A DNA stretch of 64,000 nt from Enoplolaimus lenunculus (GCA_030248215.1 JASANG010001414.1:310001-374000), one strand, 5' to 3'. Positions 37,867 to 51,075 are shown, counted from the stretch's first letter. Translations and numbers: made by a program. The notes: generated from the sequence alone by a model not told the origin.

Positions 37867-38006
37867 TACGATCGTCGCACCCAGGTTCAAATAAACCATG
37901 AATTGAGATAAATACTACTAAATATCGCTGGTGCACTTAGAACATACCTAGCTAGTACCTAGTCTTTGCTAGATCTATCGAAATCCTGCAACTTTTATTG
38001 CCTCTG

Positions 38007-38214
38007 CATTGCAAAAAATGGTGAGTCAAATTGACTCTCTCCGAAATAGGTTCTACGGGACTACACAAACTGGATCAAATTTGTCTCTGCCTGAGTCAAA
38101 TTTGACTCACTGTGTTGCACGTTTTACTCTAGCGGAGTCGAATTTGACTCAGTTTGTGTGGTCCCGTAGAGCCTATTTCGGAGAAAGGCAATTTGACTCA
38201 CCTTTTTTGCAGCG
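38007..38214. mobile_element. CACTGCAAAAAA MITE copy
   Basis: Same TIRs, flanked by TG/TG. Confidence 0.85.
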
Positions 38215-38577
38215 TGCGTTTGACCATTGGAGTTTTTAAACAGGCGTGTAGCCAGCTCACCTTACTAGGGAGACTAAAAAGTGTTTAGGAGTCGGATACA
38301 TAGGGATTTCAGATGACTTAGCTAGGATGAAAATTTTCCAGGAAGAGACAAAGATTTCAAGACGGTGAGCCTTCCTTGAGTCCCTCTTTGTCTATGAGAT
38401 CATTTCTTGATGTCTTCTAAAAAGGTCGTATCTGTTGCAATTTAAACTTAAAATAATATTAATGCAATTGTGTTTACAGCAGATTTGTGTGTTCAGGCAT
38501 AGTAAAGTGAAACTTACACCCGGACGATAAATTCACCATGGTAGCCAAAATGATATTTTTTCCTCGTTTTTATATAG

Positions 38578-38856
38578 GTGCTTGCCCAGTCGCCAGCAGC
38601 GCTTCAAGTACGATATCTTCAAACACTGAATACAATCGCTGCCGAACACAATAACACCATTGTACTTCCGCTTCCGATCGATATTGTCGGTGAACTATTT
38701 AACATGCGCCGAAAATCGTCACAAAGTCCACCGGAAATAAAACAGCAACATCCTCCCGGAATGGCTCCGTACCAACGCCAGCCTCAGCCTGCGTACGGGC
38801 AAGGGATCTTGGCAATTGAAGGATATGACAAGAAAGAAGTAGAACTAAATGTTTAA
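38578..38856 (+). CDS. Stomatin-like protein, terminal exon
   Basis: TATAG acceptor. VLAQSPAALQVRYLQTLNTIAAEHNNTIVLPLPID (stomatin C-terminal motif), then a P/Q-rich tail and TAA. Confidence 0.92.
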   Translation: MLAQSPAALQVRYLQTLNTIAAEHNNTIVLPLPIDIVGELFNMRRKSSQSPPEIKQQHPPGMAPYQRQPQPAYGQGILAIEGYDKKEVELNV

Positions 38857-39840
38857 TATTGAAAAAATTTCGAAATCAAATCATCACAAAGGTGCAATCT
38901 TACAGTTGAAATGTAGTTTTACTCAGAACGGCAGGTATTAATGTATAGAAATCGGCAGCTAAAATTTCCGACAAAACCGTTGTTTAATGCATGATTGGCG
39001 AAGTGTATGCTTATCTTTTTTCCAACTCGTTTATATTTATGAAATTGTTTATTATTGAAGCTGCTCTTGCAAATTAACCAAACATAAGTAAAGAGGACAG
39101 AATAACAAACCAGAAGTACTAGAAAGGGTGTGGTACTTATTTCGACTACGAATCCGAATGTGTCTAGGGCCATATTGACAGTACTTAGGAGCTCTCCCAG
39201 TAAGCCTAAGCCCATAAGCCCAAACCGAAGCATATCAGCGTAACTATCTATTAATCTAAAAGCATAACCTGTTATCTTTACCATATTCGAAGTCCCAAGT
39301 CTCCCTGTATGCCTAGGAGCAGTCTAAACATGAGCTGGACTTTGCATCACTTGAGTGTTAATAGTTAATACAGTACGGTGATGTATACTGTCCAGTAATC
39401 TAGGACCCTAGTTTTCCTTGATCAGGTTTTTCCTTAAACCTGAAAATTTTAGCAAACAAATTGATTTGGTAACAAGTTTTGATCTTGAAAATGAAGATAA
39501 TAACGGACATGGTAATCAGCAAAAAGTTTCTCAGCAGGCTTATCCTGTTTTAAAAATTCTATAACAACGGCAGGGTGGGTTAAAAAGTAAGCAAGAGTTC
39601 GTAAACCGAATTGAATTGCGTTAACTGCATCACGGCGGGGCAAACAATGCCAAGCACGGTATCGTCCGGTTCCCACAATAAAATAAAAACATGAAATTGT
39701 AGCAACTATTCCATTATAAAACACAAAATACATACGGTCTACTCTGGAATAAATATTTTCACTCCGGAGACAATGGTCGATTTTCTGCTAAAGCTTGAGC
39801 CATAAACAAACTTAGGGTTACACTTTTACAAATATTTTTA

Positions 39841-40038
39841 CACTGCAAAAATGGTGAGTCAAATTGACTCTCTCCGAAATAGGCTTTTCCTGACTGCACA
39901 AACTGAGTCAAAATTTGACTCCGCCTGAGCAAAATTCGACTCCATTTGACTCTGGCGGAGTCGAATTTCACTCAATTTGTGTAGTCAGGAAAAGCCTATT
40001 TCGAAGAGAATCGATTTGACTCACCGGTTTTTTCACTG
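39841..40038. mobile_element. CACTGCAAAAAA MITE copy
   Basis: Same TIRs, flanked by TA/TA. Confidence 0.85.
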
Positions 40039-42240
40039 TACCAACATCAAGTTGAAAGCATGCGGTAAGTAAAAGTGTAATTCATAGTTGACTGCACAAA
40101 TTTTACAGTTTTTATAAACTTTGATATAAATATTATCTTTGAACCTGGTAGTTGCCCTTTATTGTAGACTTTAGCGTATATATTAACGTTTTATACCAAC
40201 TGTACCAAATATACAACGTTGCTTTTACTGGAATAAATGTATATGTATCTTTGACTAAAAATCAACCAAGGCACAATTTTTGATCGGTATCAAGTTTTCG
40301 TTTTTCTTATATGCCTTTTGTTCACTATTTAGCGTAACAATTTGCTGGAACGGCATTCATGTTTTTTGGCCATCTCAGTTAATCTATTGTGATATCAAAT
40401 TGAAGTTTTTTGAAAATTTGAGTGACAGTCTATATGATACCTACATGACGATTTCATCAGGTTTGCACAGTTTTCTTTTTGCAATACAAGCATGCACGCA
40501 ATAAAGCCAGACACTACCTGCCATAAAACAGGGATAGTCTCGCCTTGAACTGTTTCCCACAAGATCGCCGTATTAACCGTAGAATAGAAGTACGTTGTTA
40601 GAATTATGGGTTATTCACGTGAAAAATGAATACCACCTTTTCGGAACCCTGCCTCGGTTAGTACACGCTTTGTTAATGCAATGTTTGCTGTGCCTACACA
40701 TATTAACCACTAAGACAATACAATGCGCAAAAAACCATTTTTTTCACAACACTCGCTGTACCTATAGTTTTGGTTTTATTCACATATTACCTTGCATGTT
40801 GTAGATAAATGTTTTTATTGTGCTTCGACTTCTCAAATTTTTAAAAAGAGTTTGACTACTTACTGATCAAACATTCCTTCGTCAGACTCGGCACAGGACA
40901 TACTGATCAGTGATCAGGCACAATCTCTGCGCTGTACCTCAATTTTAATACAGTGATGTTATGTACCCCAATCGAATTGAAGAGACCGGATAACTTTTCA
41001 CATCCACGTAGACAATATAATAGAATGATCCACTATAAACATTTCTTTAAGTGCCCTGAAAAATTTGTTAAGCTAATTTATGAAATATCGGCAACCAAAT
41101 AAAACTTTACAGATATCTTCAATAAACAAAACAACTGACTGAATTATTTTCCGCCAACGTGGTAGGTGCCAGCACTAAACCTACCTCAGTCTGAACCTGA
41201 AGTCCAAGCTTCCCGTCTATAAGTAGCACACACCATCTATCTCCAGTGACCGGTAAGGTACAATTAATAGAGTGGACCCAACTTTCACAATTATAGTGCG
41301 AAAAACTCTGCTAACGAACCTGCAGAAACCTCAGACAAAATTCAGCTGCATCAGAAAACGCAGAAACACACATTCTATTGCCCCTACATACAAAGTCAAG
41401 ATTGTTTCACTCTGTCTGAAAAACTAAAATTTATCAAAAAGTAAAATATGTACGTAGATGTCAATTGATATTTTTCCAAGAGAATAAATTCATTGTTAAT
41501 TTTCTTTATCTGGTAGTTTCGCACACCGTGCGTAATTTGGTTTGTTTAACTCTAAATAAATTGAAAAGAGTAAAAACCTATTTAGCCGGCAATGAAACCA
41601 GTACTAATTCTTAGTTTATTCTATTTAATGTCAAAGTTATGCAGTGTGACAGTGTTCGAATGAAAATGGTTTATAAGTTTAAATGACAAACTAGAGGTTT
41701 TAAACGTTTCCCTGAGCTGAATGTGGCGTAAAGGAAGGGCTATATCTTCAGTTTGCATAGCAACTGTAACAAATTTTGCTACGTTATCTAATCGTTTAGC
41801 TAGTTCGTAAAACTGTCTAAAAACAGGTTGAATCAAAAACCGTTTAAGTTTTAAAATGCGTCTGGTTTGTAGCTCGCTTCGCACGCGAGTATGGGGCCCT
41901 CACCCTGGAATTTGAGGGCAGCCCCCACCCTTGCCTGCTCTTGCATTGCTGAACGATGTATATATGCTAAATTTTCGTTTTCTAAGCACGCACCATTCTG
42001 TGATTTCTGTTTCATCTGCATTGATAGCGTATGGTTGCTGACATCATACGGTCGATATATAGTCGACAATGAAACCAGTTGGAGAGGCGTACTACGTTGC
42101 GTATTAGTAGAGCGAAGGGTTGAAGTTCGAGCCACCTCAGTATGCCTACTTTTTCAGTTCTTCAGTAATAAGGTTTGAAAGTTCCGAGCGATCTTGCTTT
42201 TACTGACAATTATATCCCATACTTTGTATAAATTGATTCA

Positions 42241-42265
42241 ATGGCCACTCATTCTGAAGAACAAG
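42241..42265 (+). CDS. CHCHD4: CHCHD4/MIA40 exon 1 (MATHSEEQ)
   Basis: ATG at 42241, 25 nt, strong AG|GTAAGT donor. Phase 1 matches exon 2. Confidence 0.75.
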
Positions 42266-42653
42266 GTAAGTATATGTACGTATATTCATGAATTTAGCTT
42301 CTAGTATATAATATTTTTCGTTGTACACGTTTGCAGTGTGTACATACGTTAATTGACAAGATACAATACTTGATATGTGGCGTGTTAGATATTGTCCGCG
42401 ATTTTGGACAGTTAGAAGTTTTTTTCGTCTCTCAAGGCCAGTCAATTTAGGGGTTATAAGTGTAATATGAGAAATGATAAATGGAGTGATGATATATTAA
42501 TACAAATTGCTGAAAAATTCTACGACGAAGGTCTAAATATCGTTGTTCAAAATTAAACTGGTTTGTTTTACTCAGGTTAGTTTATTGTTTGCTGCTATCT
42601 GGACAATTAACATCAGTGTTTGTTGGGCCTACATTTTATCGTCTTTAATTTAG

Positions 42654-42767
42654 ATGAATCAAAACATCGAGTTATATTTGCAACTAAAGAAGATCATGCA
42701 ACGCCACTTAGCAGCGAGGTGAAAGCGTTAGCAACTATTGATTTCGATGGGAGTGACGATGAACCTG
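42654..42767 (+). CDS. CHCHD4: CHCHD4/MIA40 exon 2
   Basis: TTTAG acceptor, GTAAGT donor. DESKHRVIFATKEDH resembles the metazoan CHCHD4 N-terminal xxIIFxTKEDH motif. Confidence 0.88.
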
Positions 42768-44395
42768 GTAAGTGTCAGCCTGCTTCGGAATCCATTATTT
42801 CGATTGACCTAGTTTTAGCTAGATTGCACATTTAAATAAAAGTCGGAAGTGCTACTCGTTATAACCTCTAAATGAAACAACTAAGCCGTAAATTTATCTA
42901 ATGGCAACTTTGTAATTTTCATTTCTCATTTTTATTGGCCGATTGTAAATAGTAGGAGCATAATTATTATATAATTATGCTTGTTGGTAGAGTCGTGTGC
43001 GGGTTTGGGTAGTGTTCCGTTAAGTCTGGGAATTGCATAAAGTCTTGGGCAAATACACGAACAGAATGATTTAGCGCAAAATATATACGTTCGTATGTAT
43101 TTTTCCAATTGGTTCGATTCCGCATTAAAATTTTTCAATAATATATACATAAAGTTTGTTGATTCTCGATCGCTTCGCCCGCGGCGATTGCTTTAACGTG
43201 TGTTTATGTGTGAAATGTATGAGGAGGCTGCTAGCCCTTATACATATTTCAACACGTATATTATATACATATGAACATGTATAAAACCCGGGCTCCGAGT
43301 GTTGACAGTGCACCGTATCAGTCTCAGGAGTCAGGGTGTCTCCTATCAGAGATGGTATCTCGCTGTTCGGCAGATCTCTGTTTCGGTTTTTTGAGCATCG
43401 CTGATTTGGAACTGAGACCAGAACTCGAGGATTCAGCAAATACTGGGAAACTTGTCAAAAAGTAGAAGATAATTGCAGTAAACTGTTATCTGTCAGTATT
43501 GCTTTTATAGTGTGGAGCAGTCGTAGTCCTGAATTATATCTAGTAGTAGCATATAACATTTTGCTCTTGCTTATGCAGTCTGTGTTTATATGGATCGTGC
43601 AGCTTTATTCTTTTGCGACTGTTCAAATGTTTTGAAAACACCATTCTATCATAAAGAACGAAATCAACGTATTTATGTAATGAAATTCAGGTCTGCAAAT
43701 TTCCGAACATAGCACAGTTGAGACATAAGACCGGTAAAATGTTTTGGTCGTTACGAGAATAAACATTTGTATTAAAAAAATTCGCTGTAGATCTATGGAT
43801 TTTCGTAGCCACGCGAGAAACTTATGACCAGATGGTCTCAAAAACATAAAAAACTATGAAGAAAGCATTAGAATTTTATAATTTGTTATAAAAATGTAAT
43901 TGTTTGGTATAACAACCAAAATTTCACCGAGACCGTGTCAGGTTGTTCGTTTTTAAATGTTGCAAGTTTATTTTTTGGACCGCTAGATTTTGTCTACTGA
44001 GCAAAATGTACTTGTTACGCACGATGATATGTGTATATATAAGGGTTCAACCGTATACCAAAATATCGGAGCCGGATGCATATTTCGACAAAGAGTTAAA
44101 CGTAATCACCCTAATTTAGTACTACGTATTTGCTATAGTATGTTATAATTGTTTCTACAAGAGTCTAAGTACGTAAAAATATTATGCATTGTAGAATACC
44201 AGAACCGGATGTCGATTGTTCGTCGTATTTGTATATATTTAAATTACTCAAGTTAGCCCACTGATTAATTTCTATAAAAAGAAAAGAGCGTGACAATTCA
44301 TATTATTTTTCACAAAATTACATTTATGCGTATGGCTGGCTATTGGCTGCAAACTAATATGAACATGTATATTCTCTATATATTTCTATTTGTAG

Positions 44396-44772
44396 GCTTG
44401 CTTCTTCCGTCCGGAGAAATTAACTGGAGTTGTCCTTGTATGGGAGGAATGGTAGCCGGGCCGTGTGGCTATCAATTTCGTGAAGCGTTTACTTGCTTTC
44501 ATTATTCTACAGCGGAGCCGAAAGGTTCTGACTGCTACGAACAGTTGTCAAAAATGTCTGAGTGTATGTCAAGGTATCCGCAGTTGTACGGCAAAGAAAT
44601 GGCCGATGACGATGAGGAATCGCTTGATAAATTACTGTCCGCGGATGATCAAGCAGCGTCGCAAGAAGCCTCCTCAAAAGCTGACATCATTCCTCACGGT
44701 AGTTCAGGTGCAAATTCGAGTAGTTCAGGTGCAAATTCGAGTAGTTCATCTTTGAATTCTGGTGGAAAATAA
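44396..44772 (+). CDS. CHCHD4: CHCHD4/MIA40 exon 3, mitochondrial intermembrane-space oxidoreductase core
   Basis: TGTAG acceptor. [19 protein letters not shown] (CPC redox motif) plus twin CX9C ([22 protein letters not shown]) and an acidic tail. Confidence 0.95.
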
Positions 44773-47060
44773 TAGTTTGGGGCCGTATTTATGATGCTAG
44801 TCCTACCTGCAATCTTTGGCTTTAGAAGGTCGGTATTAACATATTGATTGTTAACTATATTTTAGAGTCAAGTTTTAGTTTGTAAATATTGGTTGAACTG
44901 GATGAAGCATATTAATTGAGCAGTGCGCCAAGATTTGTTCACTTTCGTACTCACAATTTTTAAACATTACTGATACTGTATCATTCGTACTGTGTGACTC
45001 CTGCACGTGTATTTGATCTTAATTTACTGATTCAACGGTTTTCATTGAAAAGGTGTTTTCAAAGTTTTCCCAACCACTCAGGGTATTCAGGAATCAGATT
45101 TTTAGGTTAGTTGGAACGGGTGACACTTGGGTATATAAGGTATTTTTATATTTAAAACCTGTTTTTCGTGAGTCCAAGTCGAACTGATGAGACCTGACGT
45201 CAAAATTGGATACCAGAATTTATTGCTTTTAGTAGCAACAGGTGATTCGTGATTATTTCGTGTATTATATTGTTTGTTGTTAATTTTTTACATTATCTTA
45301 TCAAATAGAATATCGATTTTTATTATTTCTCTTGATTGAGCGATTGGTCCGCGGAGCGGTTTTTACTTGAACTGTTTCTCGTGACTAGTGATCTCAGCTC
45401 AATCTAAAGAATTAATCCAAAACACAAATGTTCATAGAGTACGAATTCTCCCCAACATACAAACAAGGGTTGGTGATGAATAAGCCAGTAATGTTTTTGC
45501 TGTCGAAATTGGCAGAGAATCATATCTGAATCCTGCCAAAGCAACACACATTCCTGAAATTTATTCCCTTTTCAACACTATGTGCAGGGTACAACCGGAT
45601 GTCTTGCTCCGGCAGATAAACTACCTCTGGTTCCGGTAGAATTTCTATGAAATGTTTCGGAAATTTCGGTGTAGAAATTTTGCATATTTTTACAAAATTT
45701 ATTTGTTGCGTTTCGTTTTTAAGTTGGTTCAACTTTGAGGTAAAAATTACCGAGATTTTGTAAAAGGTATTAAGCGTAACACCAAAACGTTTAACAACAC
45801 GTGACAGATATTTGGTAAAAGTAGCAAATTAACCATTTTAACTACCTAATTTTGCCCTACCTTCGGCTACGGAAAAGTTTATTGAACTCGGCCACCGGTA
45901 TTTGTTACCTCTGGTTGCACCATGCTATGCGTGAATCAAAGTCGACGCCTAGGGACAAGAAAAGGGCATCAGCAAAAAGTACATTTTGAGAACCTTACCA
46001 ATATATATACGCGGGATTTGTAAAGGTAAATGATGTATACTACTCCACGGTCTGCAACGTGCAACCAAGACTTACTATTAAATAGTAGTGTACGCCAGGG
46101 TGTAACGGGAGGTGAAGAATACCGGAGTCAGAGGTGAGGCGAAATTAGGTAGTAAAATGATGGTTAACTAGTTAATTTTAGCCAATATCTGCAATATGCT
46201 GTTATAAGTTGTTTGGTTTTACGCAACCTAAACCTAAGCTTACTCTAATATAGTCCCGCAAAAAATAGTTCGCCCTTGTACGTGGTCTAGCTAAACAACA
46301 AAACATATTCTGTAACGTCATCGGCTCTTTTAAAGTCGGCAACAGGTGATGGAACTATAGTCGATGGACTGCCTGTGGCTTGGACCGAAATAACCGGAGG
46401 TCTGCCTCCGGCTCCGGTTGAAAATCGGCCTCTGGCTCCGGTTGAATTTTTGCCGGAGGTTCCGTCAATTTCGGTAGTAAAATTTTGCAAAATTTATCTG
46501 TTTATCGCATCTAAATTTCCAAAATTTTGCAAAAAATTAGCCAAAAACCAAATAACTAAACAAAATATTGCAGATATTGACTAAAATTTACTAATTAACC
46601 ATCATTTTTACCACCTAATTCCGCCTCACCTCCAACTCCGGCAAGTTCCGTTGACCTCCGGCTCCGATATTTTTCACCTCCGGTTGCAGCCTGTTACAAA
46701 GCTATGAAACGTCGTTGTTAAAATGACAGTAATTTCCATGATAAGATGTCTATGAGATCTTTTCTGTCCATCACGTAAACCGAAAGTAGAAAGTTTGTTT
46801 CGGCTAAGCCATAAGTTTGATGCATTTAACCAGAGCCATAGCACGTTTTTTGTTTCCGGCCAAAATGGTGCTTACTTAAGGAACCCACAGAAAGATATTA
46901 AAGTATATATGTATACTACATATATCTGTTAAGCGTTGACACAAAAATTTATCGAATTATGCCACCGCTGGAATAATGGAAATTACCCGCTCTCCCAAAT
47001 ACAATCCACACATTTATTGCTACATACAAACAGAGAAATTAAAATACGTCAAGTGTATAT

Positions 47061-47773
47061 CAGGGTGCAAACGGAGGTGAAAAATACCGGAACCGGAGGT
47101 ACACAAAACTTGCCGGAGCCGGAGGATAGGCGAAATTAAGTAGTGGCGATGATGGTTTTGGCCGATCGTACTATAAAGGCCGTCACAATTTCCTGCGACA
47201 CAAATATACCCGGAGTGCACACTTATGCGCTCCTGTTTACATATGCACAGACAGATATATTTACGTATATATCTGTCCCAACTGTTTCATCTGTCCCAAC
47301 TGTCAAAACTGTCCAAACTGTCCCAACTGTCCAAGCTGTCCCATCTGTCCGAAGTGTCCCAGCTGTCCCATCTATCTCATATGTCCCGCTGTCCTAATTA
47401 TATTTTTTGAATGTACTCCTGGTACATTGCCGTCCCGGGAAAATGGGACAGGTACTCCTGGTACATTTCTGTCCCGGGAAAATGGGACGGCCTTTAAAGT
47501 AACATTGGCCATGGTTTTAGTAGTTAATTTTAGCCTATTATCTGCAATATGTTGTTAATTTGTTAGGTTTTACGCTAATTATCTGCGAATTTTCGGAAAT
47601 TCTTTCTTGAAAATTGCAACAAAAGTAAAACGAAACGCGTTGAAAACAGACAAATTTTGCAAAATTATGCAAAATTTTACTACCAAAATTGCCGGAACAT
47701 CCGGCAAAAAAATTACCGGAGCCGGAGGCCGATTTTCTGCCGGAGCGAGAGGCAGAGCTCCGGTTGTACCCTG
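47061..47773. mobile_element. hAT-like non-autonomous element (CAGGGTGCAA family)
   Basis: TIRs CAGGGTGCAAACGGAG / CTCCGGTTGTACCCTG, perfect 8-bp TSD GTGTATAT, CCGGAG subterminal repeats. Confidence 0.88.
47160..47510. mobile_element. Merlin-like MITE carrying a 9-bp (CTGTCCCAA)n minisatellite, nested in a hAT-like element
   Basis: GGCC termini, right TIR GGGACGGCCTTTAAAGTAACATTGGCC, perfect 8-bp TSD ATGGTTTT. Confidence 0.85.
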
Positions 47774-47906
47774 GTGTATATCGTACTTTCATTACAATAA
47801 AAAACTTAATATCTGCATAATAGTCAGTATCATACCAGCAGGGGCGGATCACAATTTAACCGGGCCCTGAGGCCGATTTGTGTAGCGTGACTAACCACTA
47901 AAGAAT

Positions 47907-48707
47907 TTAAGCAACATCGCACCCAACCAAATACAAAACACAAAAGCACGCCGCTAGCAACGCCGTACCCACTAAATCACCAAGTCCAGTTAAATACGGT
48001 ATTGAACAATTATCCGGATCCTGACGGTTCAACCACAACACGTGAACAAGCCACGTCGACACGTAAAGCAGTATAGCAACTTGCAGCAACGCAGCCGACA
48101 AATAAACAACCAAAAATATCATCGACATTTCTGCACCACCGTGTCCGACCAGTTTAATCAAATACACAAACACACACTGACCAGGTATCACCAAAAACCA
48201 TAGGACCCTAGCACCACGAGCGTGGACATCACTTCCCCCAAGTACCCGAACTACGCTGGGTAGCGATTTGTCTTTCAATACTGCATCTGGTGGTAGTGTA
48301 CCCATTGGTGCGTAAGCGGACCGTGCATGCAACCATGTCGACAACCGAGACGAATGAACTGCGACCAAATTGCCACCAATCCCATTAATCACAGGATTGT
48401 ACACAGCGATCCCTGGAAATCGGCCGACAAACGTATTCAAAATGAGCCCTCCTGTAGAACTAAGGCACATGGCGCCAAGTACCGGAGTCCAACCATTGTA
48501 AATAATCGGTGCAACAGCTGGGTTCGATAGTGACAACCAAATCCAAATTGGAAGTGCTCCAAGACATGCTGCAACAACGACCGAAGCAATTAATGGATGT
48601 GTATCTTTGACTGAATTCAGTGCACTGCTTGTCGCTGCAAGGATCACCAACGTTGTTATATCGCCCAATGAACCAGCCACCGGTGTTGCAATATTGTCAG
48701 GATTTAC
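47907..48707 (-). CDS. SLC41/MgtE-like transporter paralogue A, exon 3 (terminal)
   Basis: TTTCAG acceptor. NPDNIATPVAGSLGD, PVINGIGGNLVAV and DPDNCSIPYLTGLGD are the SLC41 repeat motifs. The spliced product is about 479 aa. Confidence 0.93.
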   Translation of the reverse strand, partial: VNPDNIATPVAGSLGDITTLVILAATSSALNSVKDTHPLIASVVVAACLGALPIWIWLSLSNPAVAPIIYNGWTPVLGAMCLSSTGGLILNTFVGRFPGIAVYNPVINGIGGNLVAVHSSRLSTWLHARSAYAPMGTLPPDAVLKDKSLPSVVRVLGGSDVHARGARVLWFLVIPGQCVFVYLIKLVGHGGAEMSMIFLVVYLSAALLQVAILLYVSTWLVHVLWLNRQDPDNCSIPYLTGLGDLVGTALLAACFCVLYLVGCDVA

Positions 48708-48979
48708 CTGAAAGATGAAAAAACCCAAAAATATTTACAAAATTCAAGAACGTAAGCCAATTTCACGCAATTCTACATAATATCTACTAAACAGGACGAG
48801 CTATCGTACACTTTCTCTTTAATTATCAGAGCACAAACCTTTACCAATTATAAAGAAAATATTTCACTCCGTGACTTGAACACGGACTCGGGTGAGTCGT
48901 ATAAATGCCAATCTGTTAAATTTCACGGAATCTTTCTTGCGCAATTTGCGATTCTCTGTCATTATTTCGGCATCCTTAC

Positions 48980-49468
48980 CTTATACTTCCGCGACAACAC
49001 AATAACAGCAATCATTATCGACCCGAGTATAAACGACGCAGTCGCCGCTGTTGTCATGCTCGCCGCACACAACAGCAGGGTATGCGCCACGCGATAGGAA
49101 TGTTGTGCCGCATCTCCTTCTGTAGCGTCACCCATAGCAACAGATCGCACCGCAGACATCAACCAACCAAAAATCGACGCAAACATTGAAGCACAGAACG
49201 CAACAACCAGGGCTTGAGCTTGAGTAAGCGCTAAATTTCCACTAATTTGTTTCCATCGTTGTTGACGAGTATCAAGACGTCCGATGTTTGCTTGTGTTGA
49301 CATACGAGACGCAAGGGTCATTTCTAGGTTACCTTTCAGGCCGAGCAACGCTGGGACCAGAATGAACAGCTCTGATACTTCATCAAATACGCGCCAATGT
49401 TGAACGGTGTCCAAGACAACACCTGCGACTACCATACCTGTGCCGGCGATTAGGTAAGGCCCGAAAAT
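48980..49468 (-). CDS. SLC41/MgtE-like transporter paralogue A, exon 2
   Basis: TTTAAG acceptor, GTAAGG donor, 489 nt. [26 protein letters not shown] (SLC41 PX6GN motif). Confidence 0.92.
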
Positions 49469-50925
49469 CTTAAATGCACAAGCAACGCGTAATTCCCATG
49501 TTATACTAAACTTGAAATGACCCGAGGAGAAACTGGATATCCGGTTCCGGTGTAATATCCGGCAAAAATCGATAGCGTATCCAGTAGCAGAATCCGACAT
49601 GAACGTATGGTATGCCAGATATTTACGGTAGCGATGCCGAATATCATAAAAATGCTTTTTACAAGTGAACTTATTTAACATCTTGCTGCAACTGCATTTC
49701 CGGTCAAGTATAGAAGCTAATGGTTTGCACATTGAAATAAAACAAAAATCCGGATATAACATCCAATTCCGGTAAAAAATTCAGCATGTGAATCCAGTTC
49801 TGGTATTTAGTGCCCCGTCGCTCAATAGATGACACTTCTCTTTCAAAGCATCAAGCATTAAATTCTCAAGACGGTCAAGCTATATGCCCAGCAGGTACAG
49901 TCCGAAAGTCTACAAATTCGAAAAACACAATAACTGAAATTTTTTAAGAAATTGCTTAGCAAATATTTAAATGAAGTCGTACCTTAGGGTTTCAGAAATC
50001 CAACCATTAACAGCGAAATACTCAGTGTGCCGTGGCTATCATTTCCTACCCCACTCAGTGCCGTAGCCGGCTAGGGTGGGTTCACCAAAAATTCCGAGAT
50101 GGAAGCCCGTTGCGATGACCAAAATATTTTTGTAATTTTTGTTTAAAATTTGGTTAGGGTGCGTGGTGTCTCTTTGTGGTGAGGCCCCCCAAAATGGGAG
50201 GTATGGAGTGGGTATTCTGGTCCTGATCCCGCTTTGGGTGCTCGATTACCTCGTAACCTCAGCAAAACTGAAGAGTATTTATGATAATGCGTTAAAAATA
50301 TTTTTGATTTTGAGTTGGCATTTTTCCGAAATAATTGATACTTCCACCGTATGTGTAAAACATTTTGCGCTTAATCAGGGACTGCCGCTGGGGTACCAGA
50401 ACCGCCAAACCCCGGCAAGCCACGCCGCCTGAATACGACAAAACGTTATATGCCGCGAATTGTGAAGATTATTTTCGACAAAAAGGGTTAATACAGAAGG
50501 ACAAAATATATACTAAAAAATCACCGATTGTGCTTATATCATGAGGCCCTCCAAAGAAGTCCGAGGTCGCCCAATTCGAGGTATGAGGGGAAGATACGGC
50601 GCCTCTGTTATTATTCTTTACATGCCGGAATAATACTAAGCAGAACGTTTATGCTACAGCTGTTAAAAGTGAAACGAACCTGCTCAAGTTTATATAACTA
50701 GGTCATGCCCCATTGACAGTCCCAGGATTTTTTCGTGGGCAGTAGGATATTAGATTTTATATTTTAGACCATGTAATAAAATAGCATTTCTTCTAACAAT
50801 TTAACTGTTTGTGACGCCCCCCGCTTTCTGTTCTGTGACCGTCCCTGTCATGCCCATATTTCACCTTCTATCTAAAGGCTTCGCCTGAGCTGCTTAATTT
50901 CGTACCTATAAAAAAGTTTGCTAAC

Positions 50926-51075
50926 CTGGCATAACAACTGCTTCGAAGATTCTTCATCGCCGGTCGTTATGTCGGTTTCAGCAGTAGGTTGCGAATCGGA
51001 CGTCAAAATTTCGTGTTTTGCCAAATTTGTGCGTTGTCGAACGCCAGAACCGCTAGCAGACGAACCAGACACCAT
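50926..51075 (-). CDS. SLC41/MgtE-like transporter paralogue A, exon 1
   Basis: ATG at 51075, 150 nt, CAG|GTTAG donor. Joins in frame to IFGPYLIAG. Confidence 0.75.

Noticed and set aside
38919..39284. 121-aa hydrophobic minus-strand ORF
   Set aside because: Overlaps the stomatin 3' region and a degenerate GCCTAA repeat, with no recognisable domain or splice context.
38856..42241. Stomatin and CHCHD4 as a nematode-style operon
   Set aside because: Same strand, but ~3.4 kb apart with repeats in between, and there is no evidence of polycistronic transcription in the sequence.
45172..45220. Hammerhead-like CTGATGA-GAC...GTC core flanked by TCCAA/TTGGA
   Set aside because: The conserved GAAA is AAAA, and there is no room for stem I between GTC and CTGATGA.
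47143..47410. ORFs with VPTV / LSQLSK repeats
   Set aside because: Produced by the 9-bp minisatellite within a nested MITE.
49469..49762. N-terminal extension of the 266-aa SLC41 ORF
   Set aside because: It lies upstream of the splice acceptor at 49469 and overlaps a TATCCGG-repeat transposon fragment, so it is intronic read-through.
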